A DNA stretch of 20,000 nt from an uncultured virus (IMG/VR IMGVR_UViG_3300028805_000095) (IMGVR_UViG_3300028805_000095), one strand, 5' to 3'; positions 1 to 7,268 are shown, counted from the first letter of the stretch. Notes: generated from the sequence alone by a model not told the origin. Numbers and translations are program-made.

Positions 1-454
1 CTCTATAATATCATGGCTAAACAGGCTAAGTATATTAATCGTAATAAACGTTCTATGGATAGAAATCTCAATCTAAAGAATCAACAGTTATTTAGATTTC
101 AATCTAAATATATAGAATTATATGATGAAGTAGTAGAGATTCTATCTGGAAAGAAAGGTGAACTAAGAACACTTGTATCTGGTAGATTTAACTTTAGTTC
201 TAGAAATGTTATTAAACAGAATCCGAACTTAAGAATCGACCAGGTCGAATTACCTTATGCGGAATTGGTAATTACACAAGAACAGAGAATCATTAATATA
301 TTGCATAGAACTTATAATATTACTTATCAAGAAGCATATAATCAATGGTTCAAAGCAGTAGGAGAAGTTGATCCAATAATTGTAAATATATTACAGGATA
401 TAATTAAATCCTCATGTAATGGAGAAGGATTACCTGTAATAATTAATAGAAATC
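1..454 (+). CDS. Phage multisubunit RNA polymerase beta' N-terminal (catalytic) subunit, first exon in window (open at left edge)
   Basis: Frame is open from base 1. KKGELRTLVSGRFNFSSRNVI..NPNLRIDQVELPY and PVIINRN match beta' motifs (K.G.FR..L.GKRVDFSGRSVI; LLNRAPTLH). Similarity stops at C454, where GTGCG begins. Confidence 0.9.
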
Positions 455-1049
455 GTGCGACTTGTTCAATATTGAAAAGATATTGCATAGATTATAAATC
501 TATGAACTGATAACTCGAGAAGTGGAATGATAGGGTAACGCCTTGAAACACTCCTCTAATACTCCGACATGCATTAAGGTGAAAACTTTTTTGTATGAAG
601 CTCGGTGAAGTCGGCATTTATATATGTCGGGAGTCTATAAAGTATCCATGGTGAGTATGATAATTTATCTGACGAACTTCTGAATTAAAGTCTTGTATTA
701 GTGTGGTCTAGTAAGAAGGGTTTCTATGAACGACCATAGTATATTATAGGTATATTCTAGCTAATATAATTCACAAGAAGCACCTAAAGATACATATGCA
801 AAGATAGAGTTATTGGAACAAGGAAAGGTAGATATGTTCATATCTGCTGAAAAGCGGTGATCGAAGCGTAGATAATTCTTGTAATGAGAATAGGAGTAAT
901 GGTCACCAGTCAATATATTGTATATAATAGTATCTCGAGAATTATTATATATCTTATATTGATGGCACGCCGTATGCGGTGAAAGTCGCATGTACGGTGT
1001 AGAGTGGGGGAAAAGATAGAGATAACTTCAAAGTCTTACCTATCACTAT
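455..1049 (+). mobile_element. Group II intron, ORF-less (595 nt; resembles bacterial class B / IIB)
   Basis: 5' GTGCGA at 455. 34-nt domain V ACGCCGTATGCGGTGAAAGTCGCATGTACGGTGT at 967-1000 (CGC triad, GAAA loop). Domain VI ends TTACCTATCACTAT at 1049. EBS1 GGTTTCT (719-725) is complementary to the exon end AGAAATC (448-454). Removal restores NRN-PTI. Confidence 0.92.
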
Positions 1050-1067
1050 CAACTATATCATATGGAT
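1050..1067 (+). CDS. RNAP beta'-N micro-exon (18 nt; P-T-I-S-Y-G-S)
   Basis: C454+CA ACT ATA TCA TAT GGA T joins both neighbouring exons in frame to give NRNPTISYGSIL, equivalent to bacterial NRAPTLHRLGI. Confidence 0.88.
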
Positions 1068-2210
1068 ATGTTATTTGTCCGGCTGGATAGTGATATCCAG
1101 TAAAAACTACCGTATTAATTGCTGGAAACTCCTTAGAGCTTAAAAGTACTAGTAATAGTAATAATCTTTTAAGATTGGACAATCAGCAGCGAAGAAAAAG
1201 TATATTTAAATAAAATAAATAGGAGGTGATATTTCATGACTCCTATAAAATGTGCATATGAAAAGTTTGTTGACATAACAGATAAAATTGTCCCAAATGT
1301 TAAACCATATTATAAGATTAGTAATATGGGAAGAGTTTATAGTTTACATTCTGAAAAAATTATATCGAATGCTATAGATTCCAAAGGATATTATTATGTA
1401 CAGCTACAAACATATAATGGACCCAAAGCTTGTAGAATTCATAGACTTGTATTAACAGCATTTGATTATCATGAAGGTTGTGAGAATGAATTGGTGAATC
1501 ATGTCGATGGTGATAAATTAAATGATGATTTATTTAATCTAGAGTGGGCAACTTATTCCTCTAATCTTTGTCATGCTATTAGTCATGGATTAATTACATA
1601 TGATAATAGAGGTTCATTATCAAATGAACAAGTTGAAACAATATGTAATTATTTGATGGATTTAAATTATTCACCAACAATGATTGGTCAAATATTAAAT
1701 ATACCGCAAAATATGATATATTCTATATATTATAGAAGGGCATATTTGAGCATTTCGTCGAAATACACATTTCCTGATAGATCAAATATCAAATATAGTC
1801 GTATATTACCTATGAATAAAATAGAAGATATTTGCAAAGCATTTCAGGATACGGTAAACGAAAGACAATCAATGGGTGCAGATGATTATATTCGTTTATG
1901 TTTGAATATCGCAAATGTTGATATTAACAAATCAACAATTAGACTTGCTCAGAGAATATTATATAAATCAGTAAATACAGAAATATCAGATAAATATACT
2001 TTTTAACGTTCAACGACTATCAAAAGCATAGTATAGGAGAAAGACCTATATGAAGAAGCGAGTAGAGTAGAATACAAGTGTATTCGAAATGTACGGGGAC
2101 TCTATATTGGTAACAGATATAGAGTTGAAGATATAGTCTAGTATCCCATTATAATGATGGGGAAGTTCATAAGAGAACTGCACAGATTAACGACCTGTGT
2201 GAATGATACG
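1068..2210 (+). mobile_element. Group I intron (IA2-like) carrying an HNH homing endonuclease
   Basis: P1: exon UGGAU pairs with GUCCG (1077-1081), with U.G at the splice site. P AATTGCTGGAAA 1117-1128; Q AATCAGCAG 1181-1189; R GTTCAACGACTA 2008-2019; S AAGATATAGTC 2128-2138; P9.0 GTATC/GATAC then omega-G 2210. Confidence 0.92.
1236..2006 (+). CDS. Intron-encoded NUMOD4/HNH homing endonuclease
   Basis: YKISNMGRVYS (NUMOD4-like) and RIHRLVLTAF...VNHVDGDKLNDDLFNLEW (HNH_3-like). SD AGGAGGT at 1221-1227. The ORF lies in the P6 loop between Q and R. Confidence 0.9.
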   Translation: MTPIKCAYEKFVDITDKIVPNVKPYYKISNMGRVYSLHSEKIISNAIDSKGYYYVQLQTYNGPKACRIHRLVLTAFDYHEGCENELVNHVDGDKLNDDLFNLEWATYSSNLCHAISHGLITYDNRGSLSNEQVETICNYLMDLNYSPTMIGQILNIPQNMIYSIYYRRAYLSISSKYTFPDRSNIKYSRILPMNKIEDICKAFQDTVNERQSMGADDYIRLCLNIANVDINKSTIRLAQRILYKSVNTEISDKYTF

Positions 2211-2302
2211 CAATCTTACAGATGTACTGCGTTGGTATTAACTTCAACTATTGTATGAGTGTTCCTCTTAGTGTATTAGTACCTCTCGCGGCGGATTTTG
2301 AT
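2211..2302 (+). CDS. RNAP beta'-N exon (92 nt) ending in ...PLAADFD
   Basis: T1067+CA ATC TTA CAG ATG ... CCT CTC GCG GCG GAT TTT GAT translates as SILQMYCVGINFNYCMSVPLSVLVPLAADFD, the first half of the catalytic ADFDGD motif. Confidence 0.9.
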
Positions 2303-2593
2303 AAAGATATAAGCTGTCAAAGTAAAACTCCTTTAATTGCTGGAAACCCTCGTTAGGCTTAAGGTACCAAAGTGTGACAATCCTTAAGATAGAGACAATC
2401 AGCAGCGAAGCTCTAGAAATAGAGAACGTTCAACGACTATCGAAAGCATAATATAGAAGAAATATCTATATGAAGAAGCGAGTAGAGTAGAATGCAAGTG
2501 TATTCGAAACGGGGAGCAGTGTAAGTATGGTAATAGTATTTATACTGAAGATATAGTCTAGACTATATAGAGATATATAGATATTAAACATCA
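2303..2593 (+). mobile_element. Group I intron, ORF-less (291 nt), inserted within DFD/GD
   Basis: P1: UUUUGAU pairs with GUCAAAG (2316-2322), with U.G at the splice site. P AATTGCTGGAAA, Q AATCAGCAG, R GTTCAACGACTA (2428-2439) and S AAGATATAGTC (2548-2558) are present. Removal restores DFD-GD. Confidence 0.9.
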
Positions 2594-2833
2594 GGCGATG
2601 TCTTAAATATCATGCATATTGTGAACTCAAACTTTTATGAAATGGCTAGGGAAGTATTTAATCCTAGAAATGCCATGTATATATCTAGAAATGACGGTAT
2701 GTTGAATAAAGATGTATTACCGCAAAAAGATACATTGGTAAATCTTAATACTTTGAACGATATGTCCTTACGTAAATATAGTGACTCTGAAAGAGAGCAT
2801 ATCGAAAAGATTAAAGCTAAATTTGTAGGCTAG
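2594..2833 (+). CDS. RNAP beta'-N last exon (GDVLNIMH...FNPRNAMYISRNDG...stop)
   Basis: GGC GAT GTC TTA AAT ATC is in frame with the 2612-2833 ORF. The subunit ends about 80 aa after DFDGD, as in the split beta' of phiKZ/AR9-type phage RNAPs (probably the non-virion enzyme). Confidence 0.88.
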   Translation, partial: GDVLNIMHIVNSNFYEMAREVFNPRNAMYISRNDGMLNKDVLPQKDTLVNLNTLNDMSLRKYSDSEREHIEKIKAKFVG

Positions 2834-2893
2834 TTTAAAAAGAGCAGTAATGGAATAGTTATAGAGAATGTGATTTTCCTATCTGCTCTATTT

Positions 2894-2978
2894 GGTAGTG
2901 TGGCAGAGCGGAATTGCGGAGGCTGAGAAGCCTCGGTATCTGATCAATACCATGATGGTTCGACTCCATCAACTACCA
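2894..2978 (+). tRNA. tRNA-Leu(GAG)-like gene, aberrant (6-nt anticodon loop; possibly pseudo-tRNA)
   Basis: Acceptor GGTAGTG/AACTACC (one G.A mismatch), D arm with GG, anticodon stem GAGGC/GCCTC, long variable arm GGTAT/ATACC, T arm GATGG-TTCGACT-CCATC, discriminator A; no encoded CCA. Confidence 0.7.
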
Positions 2979-2986
2979 CATGGCAT

Positions 2987-3156
2987 TGAAGGTTTGGCTT
3001 GCTTAGGACCTTCATAAAAACCTGTTCCCAACGATGATTTCTAAAGAGCAAGTAGAATCATCTGGCAAGGGCGGAAGATAAAAAACTTGGGAAGGTGTGA
3101 CGAACGGTTGGGGTGTCCTCGACGTTTAGTAGTCCGTGCTTAGAGTTACCCTTGCA
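2987..3156 (+). ncRNA. Unidentified structured RNA (kissing loop plus pseudoknot)
   Basis: GC-richer non-coding stretch with five recognisable helices and a 7-bp loop-loop complementarity; details in findings. Confidence 0.55.
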
Positions 3157-3186
3157 TTTAAATATATATTTGGAGGTATTATATAA

Positions 3187-3396
3187 TTGGATAATAAATA
3201 TTGTAAATGGGTCATAAGACCTGGGACTAGTGGAAGTTTATGGGCTCATACACCATGTAAACATGGATTTAATTATCTAAGTAAAATAAGTAGACCTAGT
3301 GAGGTAGAAGATGCATATAATGGAAGATTATGCCCTATATGTGGTAGAACTATTAAGATAGATATGTCATTAATGGTAGATGATATGGAGGTGTGA
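3187..3396 (+). CDS. Small Cys-containing (zinc-ribbon-like) hypothetical protein
   Basis: SD GGAGGT, TTG start, CPICG motif plus upstream Cys residues. Confidence 0.7.
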   Translation: MDNKYCKWVIRPGTSGSLWAHTPCKHGFNYLSKISRPSEVEDAYNGRLCPICGRTIKIDMSLMVDDMEV

Positions 3397-3404
3397 GGTA
3401 ATAT

Positions 3405-3740
3405 ATGCTAAGTAAACAAGAGTTATGGAATAAAGCTGGAACTAGTGAGATTATTACTAGAGATGATTTAGGTGTAGATCCATCGGATAATGATTACGGA
3501 TTTGTAATATTAAATGAAGGATTTACACTAAAATCTTTAGATAAAAGGAGGCTGAATAAAATGAATGGTACTATAGAGATTCCTGCAGAATTAATAGAGA
3601 CATTTGAAACTTATAAGACAAAATACGCTGAATTAGAAAAGCGTAAAGCATCTGGAGAACCTTCTATTGATCACTGGAGATTAAACTCTGAAGTTAGTAA
3701 GATGGAACAACAGATACTTGAATACATAAGAGGTTTATAA
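3405..3740 (+). CDS. Hypothetical protein
   Basis: 111-aa ORF, SD GAGGT, tight operon spacing. Confidence 0.75.
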   Translation: MLSKQELWNKAGTSEIITRDDLGVDPSDNDYGFVILNEGFTLKSLDKRRLNKMNGTIEIPAELIETFETYKTKYAELEKRKASGEPSIDHWRLNSEVSKMEQQILEYIRGL

Positions 3741-3743
3741 TAT

Positions 3744-3971
3744 ATGGATACTAAAGATGGTAATCATAAAGTTACTTTGAAAATAGGATGTTCATGGACA
3801 ACTATTTTACAAATTGTCTTTATAATACTTAAGCTTTGTAAAGTTATTAACTGGAAATGGATCTGGGTATTGGCTCCTACATGGATGAGTATTTGTTTAG
3901 CAATAGTAGCTTTTATGATATTTATATTCATATGTGTTCTACGTGGTTATATTAAAAAGAAGAGGGATTAA
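3744..3971 (+). CDS. Small two-helix membrane protein (phage 'transmembrane Fragile-X-F'-like)
   Basis: LQIVFIILKLCKVINWKWIWVLAPTW pattern is typical of this widespread phage family. Confidence 0.7.
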   Translation: MDTKDGNHKVTLKIGCSWTTILQIVFIILKLCKVINWKWIWVLAPTWMSICLAIVAFMIFIFICVLRGYIKKKRD

Positions 3972-3987
3972 ATTTCCCTCTTCTTTT
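3959..3987 (+). terminator. Rho-independent terminator
   Basis: GAAGAGGGA/TCCCTCTTC stem followed by a T tract. Confidence 0.75.
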
Positions 3988-4036
3988 ATTTTTATCTATA
4001 ACACCCATATAATTAATATATAGGAGGTAATTAACC

Positions 4037-4237
4037 ATGGCTAATATTGGATCATGTATGGGTGATGGTATTAATAAATGTGATTATTGTGAATTTAGAG
4101 ATTTATGTTCTATTAGAAATGAAATAGATTCTACAGATAGTGGCGATCCTTGTGAAGGATGTCCTGGTCCTAATAATGGTAATAACTCTGATAAGAAATT
4201 ATATCCTAATTACTTAAGATGGTGGACTAAAGGATGA
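4037..4237 (+). CDS. Cys-rich small hypothetical protein
   Basis: SD AGGAGGT; CDYC..C and CEGCP motifs. Confidence 0.7.
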   Translation: MANIGSCMGDGINKCDYCEFRDLCSIRNEIDSTDSGDPCEGCPGPNNGNNSDKKLYPNYLRWWTKG

Positions 4238-4313
4238 TATTTTAATAATTTATAACCCTTATCACTTAAATATAATGCCAGAGAAAGTTATATTTATAGG
4301 AAGGGAATCTTTT

Positions 4314-4727
4314 ATGTCACATAAGAAAATGTTTAAATTTGGAAGTAGAGGAGTTGAGATAATCTGTAAAGAAGATTTAACCGTAGAGAAGTTAATTGAT
4401 AGAGATATTATTAAGTCTTATATGATTAAATCTAAAGACCATAAGTATGCTTTGATACAGTGTACTAAGAAGTATTTCATTGTAGCATATTTAGGTCAGG
4501 AATGTGGGTATATAGAAAACAAGAGAACTAAGACTAGAGATTTATTTGAATTTGAATGTCCTGAAGAAGACATATCATTCTTTAAGTTAAAGAAGTATAA
4601 GTCATCAAATCACACATATGATTATGAGAATGAAGATTCAGATAATGAGAGAACTATGATATTTAAAGAGGGAGTTTTCTATCTTAATTCGAAAGGATAT
4701 ACACATCATGAAAAAGAAAGAGCTTGA
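4314..4727 (+). CDS. Hypothetical protein (start 4314 preferred over 4275)
   Basis: Purine-rich SD AGGAAGGG precedes the in-frame ATG at 4314. Confidence 0.65.
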   Translation: MSHKKMFKFGSRGVEIICKEDLTVEKLIDRDIIKSYMIKSKDHKYALIQCTKKYFIVAYLGQECGYIENKRTKTRDLFEFECPEEDISFFKLKKYKSSNHTYDYENEDSDNERTMIFKEGVFYLNSKGYTHHEKERA

Positions 4728-5238
4728 GAAAGCAATAGCATTGTATGATACTATTGAAGGTGCTGTATTAGTTGATAATTATATAGCAAAATTATATAAA
4801 GAAGAGATTGACGAATTAGCTACATTCGTTAAGAAAGTAAGTGAAGATGTATTATCTACACCTAAACATGTTAAAGCGCATGGTTTTATTGAGGATATTA
4901 AGAAGACTTATTTAGTACAACTTAATGAGACTAATCAAGTAGTTATAGTATTAACTATTGATACTGAACCATTTGATAGTGTTGAATATGGTAAATATGA
5001 TGTAGATATAGCATTATCATTTAGAATATTTGATAAATCTACATGGTTAGATCAGTTCGTGGTTACTGGTGTTGGTAAACATGGTGGAATGGATTTAGAC
5101 GAATTCCAAGATTGGGTGTTATTACTTAGATTCTTATGTACTAAGAAGAAAGAGAATGCTAAATATATTCCCACGAATGAACAGATGATAGTCAATATTC
5201 TAAACGATGTTGAAAAGACATTAGAAGGAAAAGACTAA
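4708..5238 (+). CDS. Hypothetical protein
   Basis: 176-aa ORF, SD AAAGGA, overlaps the upstream gene end. Confidence 0.75.
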   Translation: MKKKELEKAIALYDTIEGAVLVDNYIAKLYKEEIDELATFVKKVSEDVLSTPKHVKAHGFIEDIKKTYLVQLNETNQVVIVLTIDTEPFDSVEYGKYDVDIALSFRIFDKSTWLDQFVVTGVGKHGGMDLDEFQDWVLLLRFLCTKKKENAKYIPTNEQMIVNILNDVEKTLEGKD

Positions 5239-5244
5239 TATAAA

Positions 5245-5271
5245 ACCACTAGAGCATAACGCTCTAGTGGT
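5245..5271. terminator. Bidirectional terminator between convergent genes
   Basis: Perfect 11-bp stem ACCACTAGAGC/GCTCTAGTGGT flanked by A and T tracts. Confidence 0.8.
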
Positions 5272-5278
5272 ATATTTT

Positions 5279-6136
5279 TTATATTATTACCCAACCGATG
5301 GTTTCTCCACCTTTAACATCAGTAACTCTGATTCTATTGTTCAATATTCTAGCATTAGTAATATAAACTCTACCACTAATAATCTTTAAAGGAGTACTAG
5401 CAATACTAGTCTTATATACTTCTGCATCTTTTACATTGAAGAAACCACCTTCTTTATAAGTTTTCTTCTTTTTGATTCTTTCTTTCTTAGGCTTCTCTTC
5501 AACAAAGTCATCTTTAAGATAAGGATTAATAATCTCAGAAGTTTCGTTTAATGAAACATGTCCTGCGATTCCTTTCACTTCATGTTTATCTGATACTCTA
5601 GTCATAACTACATTATCTATCTTAGAATCATCATCTTTAATAACCCAGAAGAATGTATTATTAATGACAGATACATCAAGATGTGATTTAAACCATGAGC
5701 TAGTAGCCATAATACCACACTTTAAACCAAGAGTACCACATTCTTCCACGAATGTTTTAATAATCTTACTTCTTTCATCTACTGTAAGAGAATCTGATCT
5801 TCCTTTATGTGTCGATGAAGTCCATTCTGAACATACATAGATAGGTAATGATAATCTTACATTACTCTGATGAATTAATGATACAAAGAACTGTGCTTCT
5901 GCTTTAGCTTCTTCTTCTGTGATAGCTGCAGATACATAGTAACTACCAACACTAATTTTATTATTACTTAATTCTGTTATGTATGGGAAAAATCTAGGAT
6001 CAATAGAAGGAACACCATTCATGTTTCCTGAGAAACCTGCACGAACTATAACACCATCTATAGATTGTGCAATTGTAGAAAAGTTTACTATAGCATTCCA
6101 TTTACTAATGTCTAGTATATTCAATACTTTTTTCAT
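5279..6136 (-). CDS. GH25 muramidase (lysozyme)-like protein with a C-terminal putative binding domain; active site degenerate
   Basis: LDISKWN, VIVRAG, IDPRF, VGSYY, A..EAQFF follow the GH25 barrel pattern. SD AAGGAGG precedes ATG 6136. Confidence 0.8.
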   Translation of the reverse strand: MKKVLNILDISKWNAIVNFSTIAQSIDGVIVRAGFSGNMNGVPSIDPRFFPYITELSNNKISVGSYYVSAAITEEEAKAEAQFFVSLIHQSNVRLSLPIYVCSEWTSSTHKGRSDSLTVDERSKIIKTFVEECGTLGLKCGIMATSSWFKSHLDVSVINNTFFWVIKDDDSKIDNVVMTRVSDKHEVKGIAGHVSLNETSEIINPYLKDDFVEEKPKKERIKKKKTYKEGGFFNVKDAEVYKTSIASTPLKIISGRVYITNARILNNRIRVTDVKGGETIGWVII

Positions 6137-6264
6137 AATAACCTCCTTTAAAACAAACAAGTGGTATTTTACTAAAATGTTCGCATATGTAAAATCGTAG
6201 GATTTAACTTTATTATAATAAGTAATTAAGGCTTATAACCTATAGAAAGGAGCTTTATGCTATA

Positions 6265-7260
6265 ATGGAAACAAGAAAGATAAAGACATATGCAGATACA
6301 TATGTATATAATGCTTCTACATCAGAAGAAGGAAGTTTCGCAAGAAGTCTTATAGAATTCATTAGAACTTCAGATAGAATAAATGTAAATAGTACAGCAT
6401 TCGAACAAGTTAGAAATCAGGTTAAAGTTAGACAGACTACAGCTGTTTTATATAGAATTCTTATGAATAAGAATGTAGTTCTATGTATGAATGGTAAAGA
6501 AGCACCTGCTTCTTTTAAAGTATTCATGGCTAAAGATGTTTTAACTAACAAGGATAAGAAAGTGTTCATCGATGTAACTGGATTACTTAAGATGAATAAT
6601 GGTATGTACTATTGTAAAGAGATAGATAAACTCTGTGCTTATCTTATTATGGCTTTAGTACAGTTCTTATACTATGATAATAATCAGAGATTAATCGATG
6701 ATAATGTGGTTTGCAAAGCATCTATGGAATGCTTTATTAAACTCTTTACTGGTATTTTAGATAATCTTAGAGTTGCTAATTTTGCAGAGAATAGAATAAA
6801 GATTTCTTATATTGCTGGTGTATATTATGGTTATGCTGTAATGGGTAAACCTTTAGATTCTGCTAGAAAGTATGCTGCTAGTGTAACTGGTATCAATCTT
6901 AAAGATGCTGGTGGATATGACTATTGGTATAAGTTAGAAGACTTTAAAGATATCAATAAGTTTATCACATTCCTCAGTGATGCTTTCCATTTGAATGGTT
7001 TAACTACAGGAGTATTTCTTGTAAGATATATGCAGATGTATGGTAAAGGAACAATATTTGGATTGGAAATTCTTCCTTCATTTATCAGTATTATTACTAA
7101 TGCATATAGCGGTTCATTTATTAATTCTCAGAAGACTATTGAGAAATTCTGTGGCAGAGAGATGATTAATTTATCCACAGAAATTTTAAGATTAGGCGCT
7201 GAGATTTATAGTAATGGATTTACTTATGAATCCAATGCTAAAAGAGAAGACTATGAATAA
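6265..7260 (+). CDS. Hypothetical protein, 331 aa (possibly a conserved jumbo-phage protein)
   Basis: Long ORF with SD AAAGGAG, followed by a strong hairpin. No motif recognised. Confidence 0.8.
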   Translation: METRKIKTYADTYVYNASTSEEGSFARSLIEFIRTSDRINVNSTAFEQVRNQVKVRQTTAVLYRILMNKNVVLCMNGKEAPASFKVFMAKDVLTNKDKKVFIDVTGLLKMNNGMYYCKEIDKLCAYLIMALVQFLYYDNNQRLIDDNVVCKASMECFIKLFTGILDNLRVANFAENRIKISYIAGVYYGYAVMGKPLDSARKYAASVTGINLKDAGGYDYWYKLEDFKDINKFITFLSDAFHLNGLTTGVFLVRYMQMYGKGTIFGLEILPSFISIITNAYSGSFINSQKTIEKFCGREMINLSTEILRLGAEIYSNGFTYESNAKREDYE

Positions 7261-7268
7261 AAGATAAC

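Noticed and set aside
455..510. C-terminal tail RATCSILKRYCIDYKSMN of ORF 13..510
   Set aside because: Read-through into the group II intron; beta' similarity resumes only after splicing.
761..991. 76-aa minus-strand ORF as an intron-encoded protein
   Set aside because: Antisense to intron domains including domain V; no RT/maturase motifs.
2612..2833. Independent 73-aa gene
   Set aside because: It is the last RNAP exon; the frame extends back to GGC GAT at 2594 and there is no SD.
2979..3156. Theta/HDV-like ribozyme or cobalamin riboswitch
   Set aside because: TCCTCG and TGGGAAGG words are present, but I could not build the HDV P1/P1.1/P2/P3 nest or find the other B12-box elements.
5979..6200. 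73-aa plus-strand ORF
   Set aside because: Antisense shadow of the GH25 gene.
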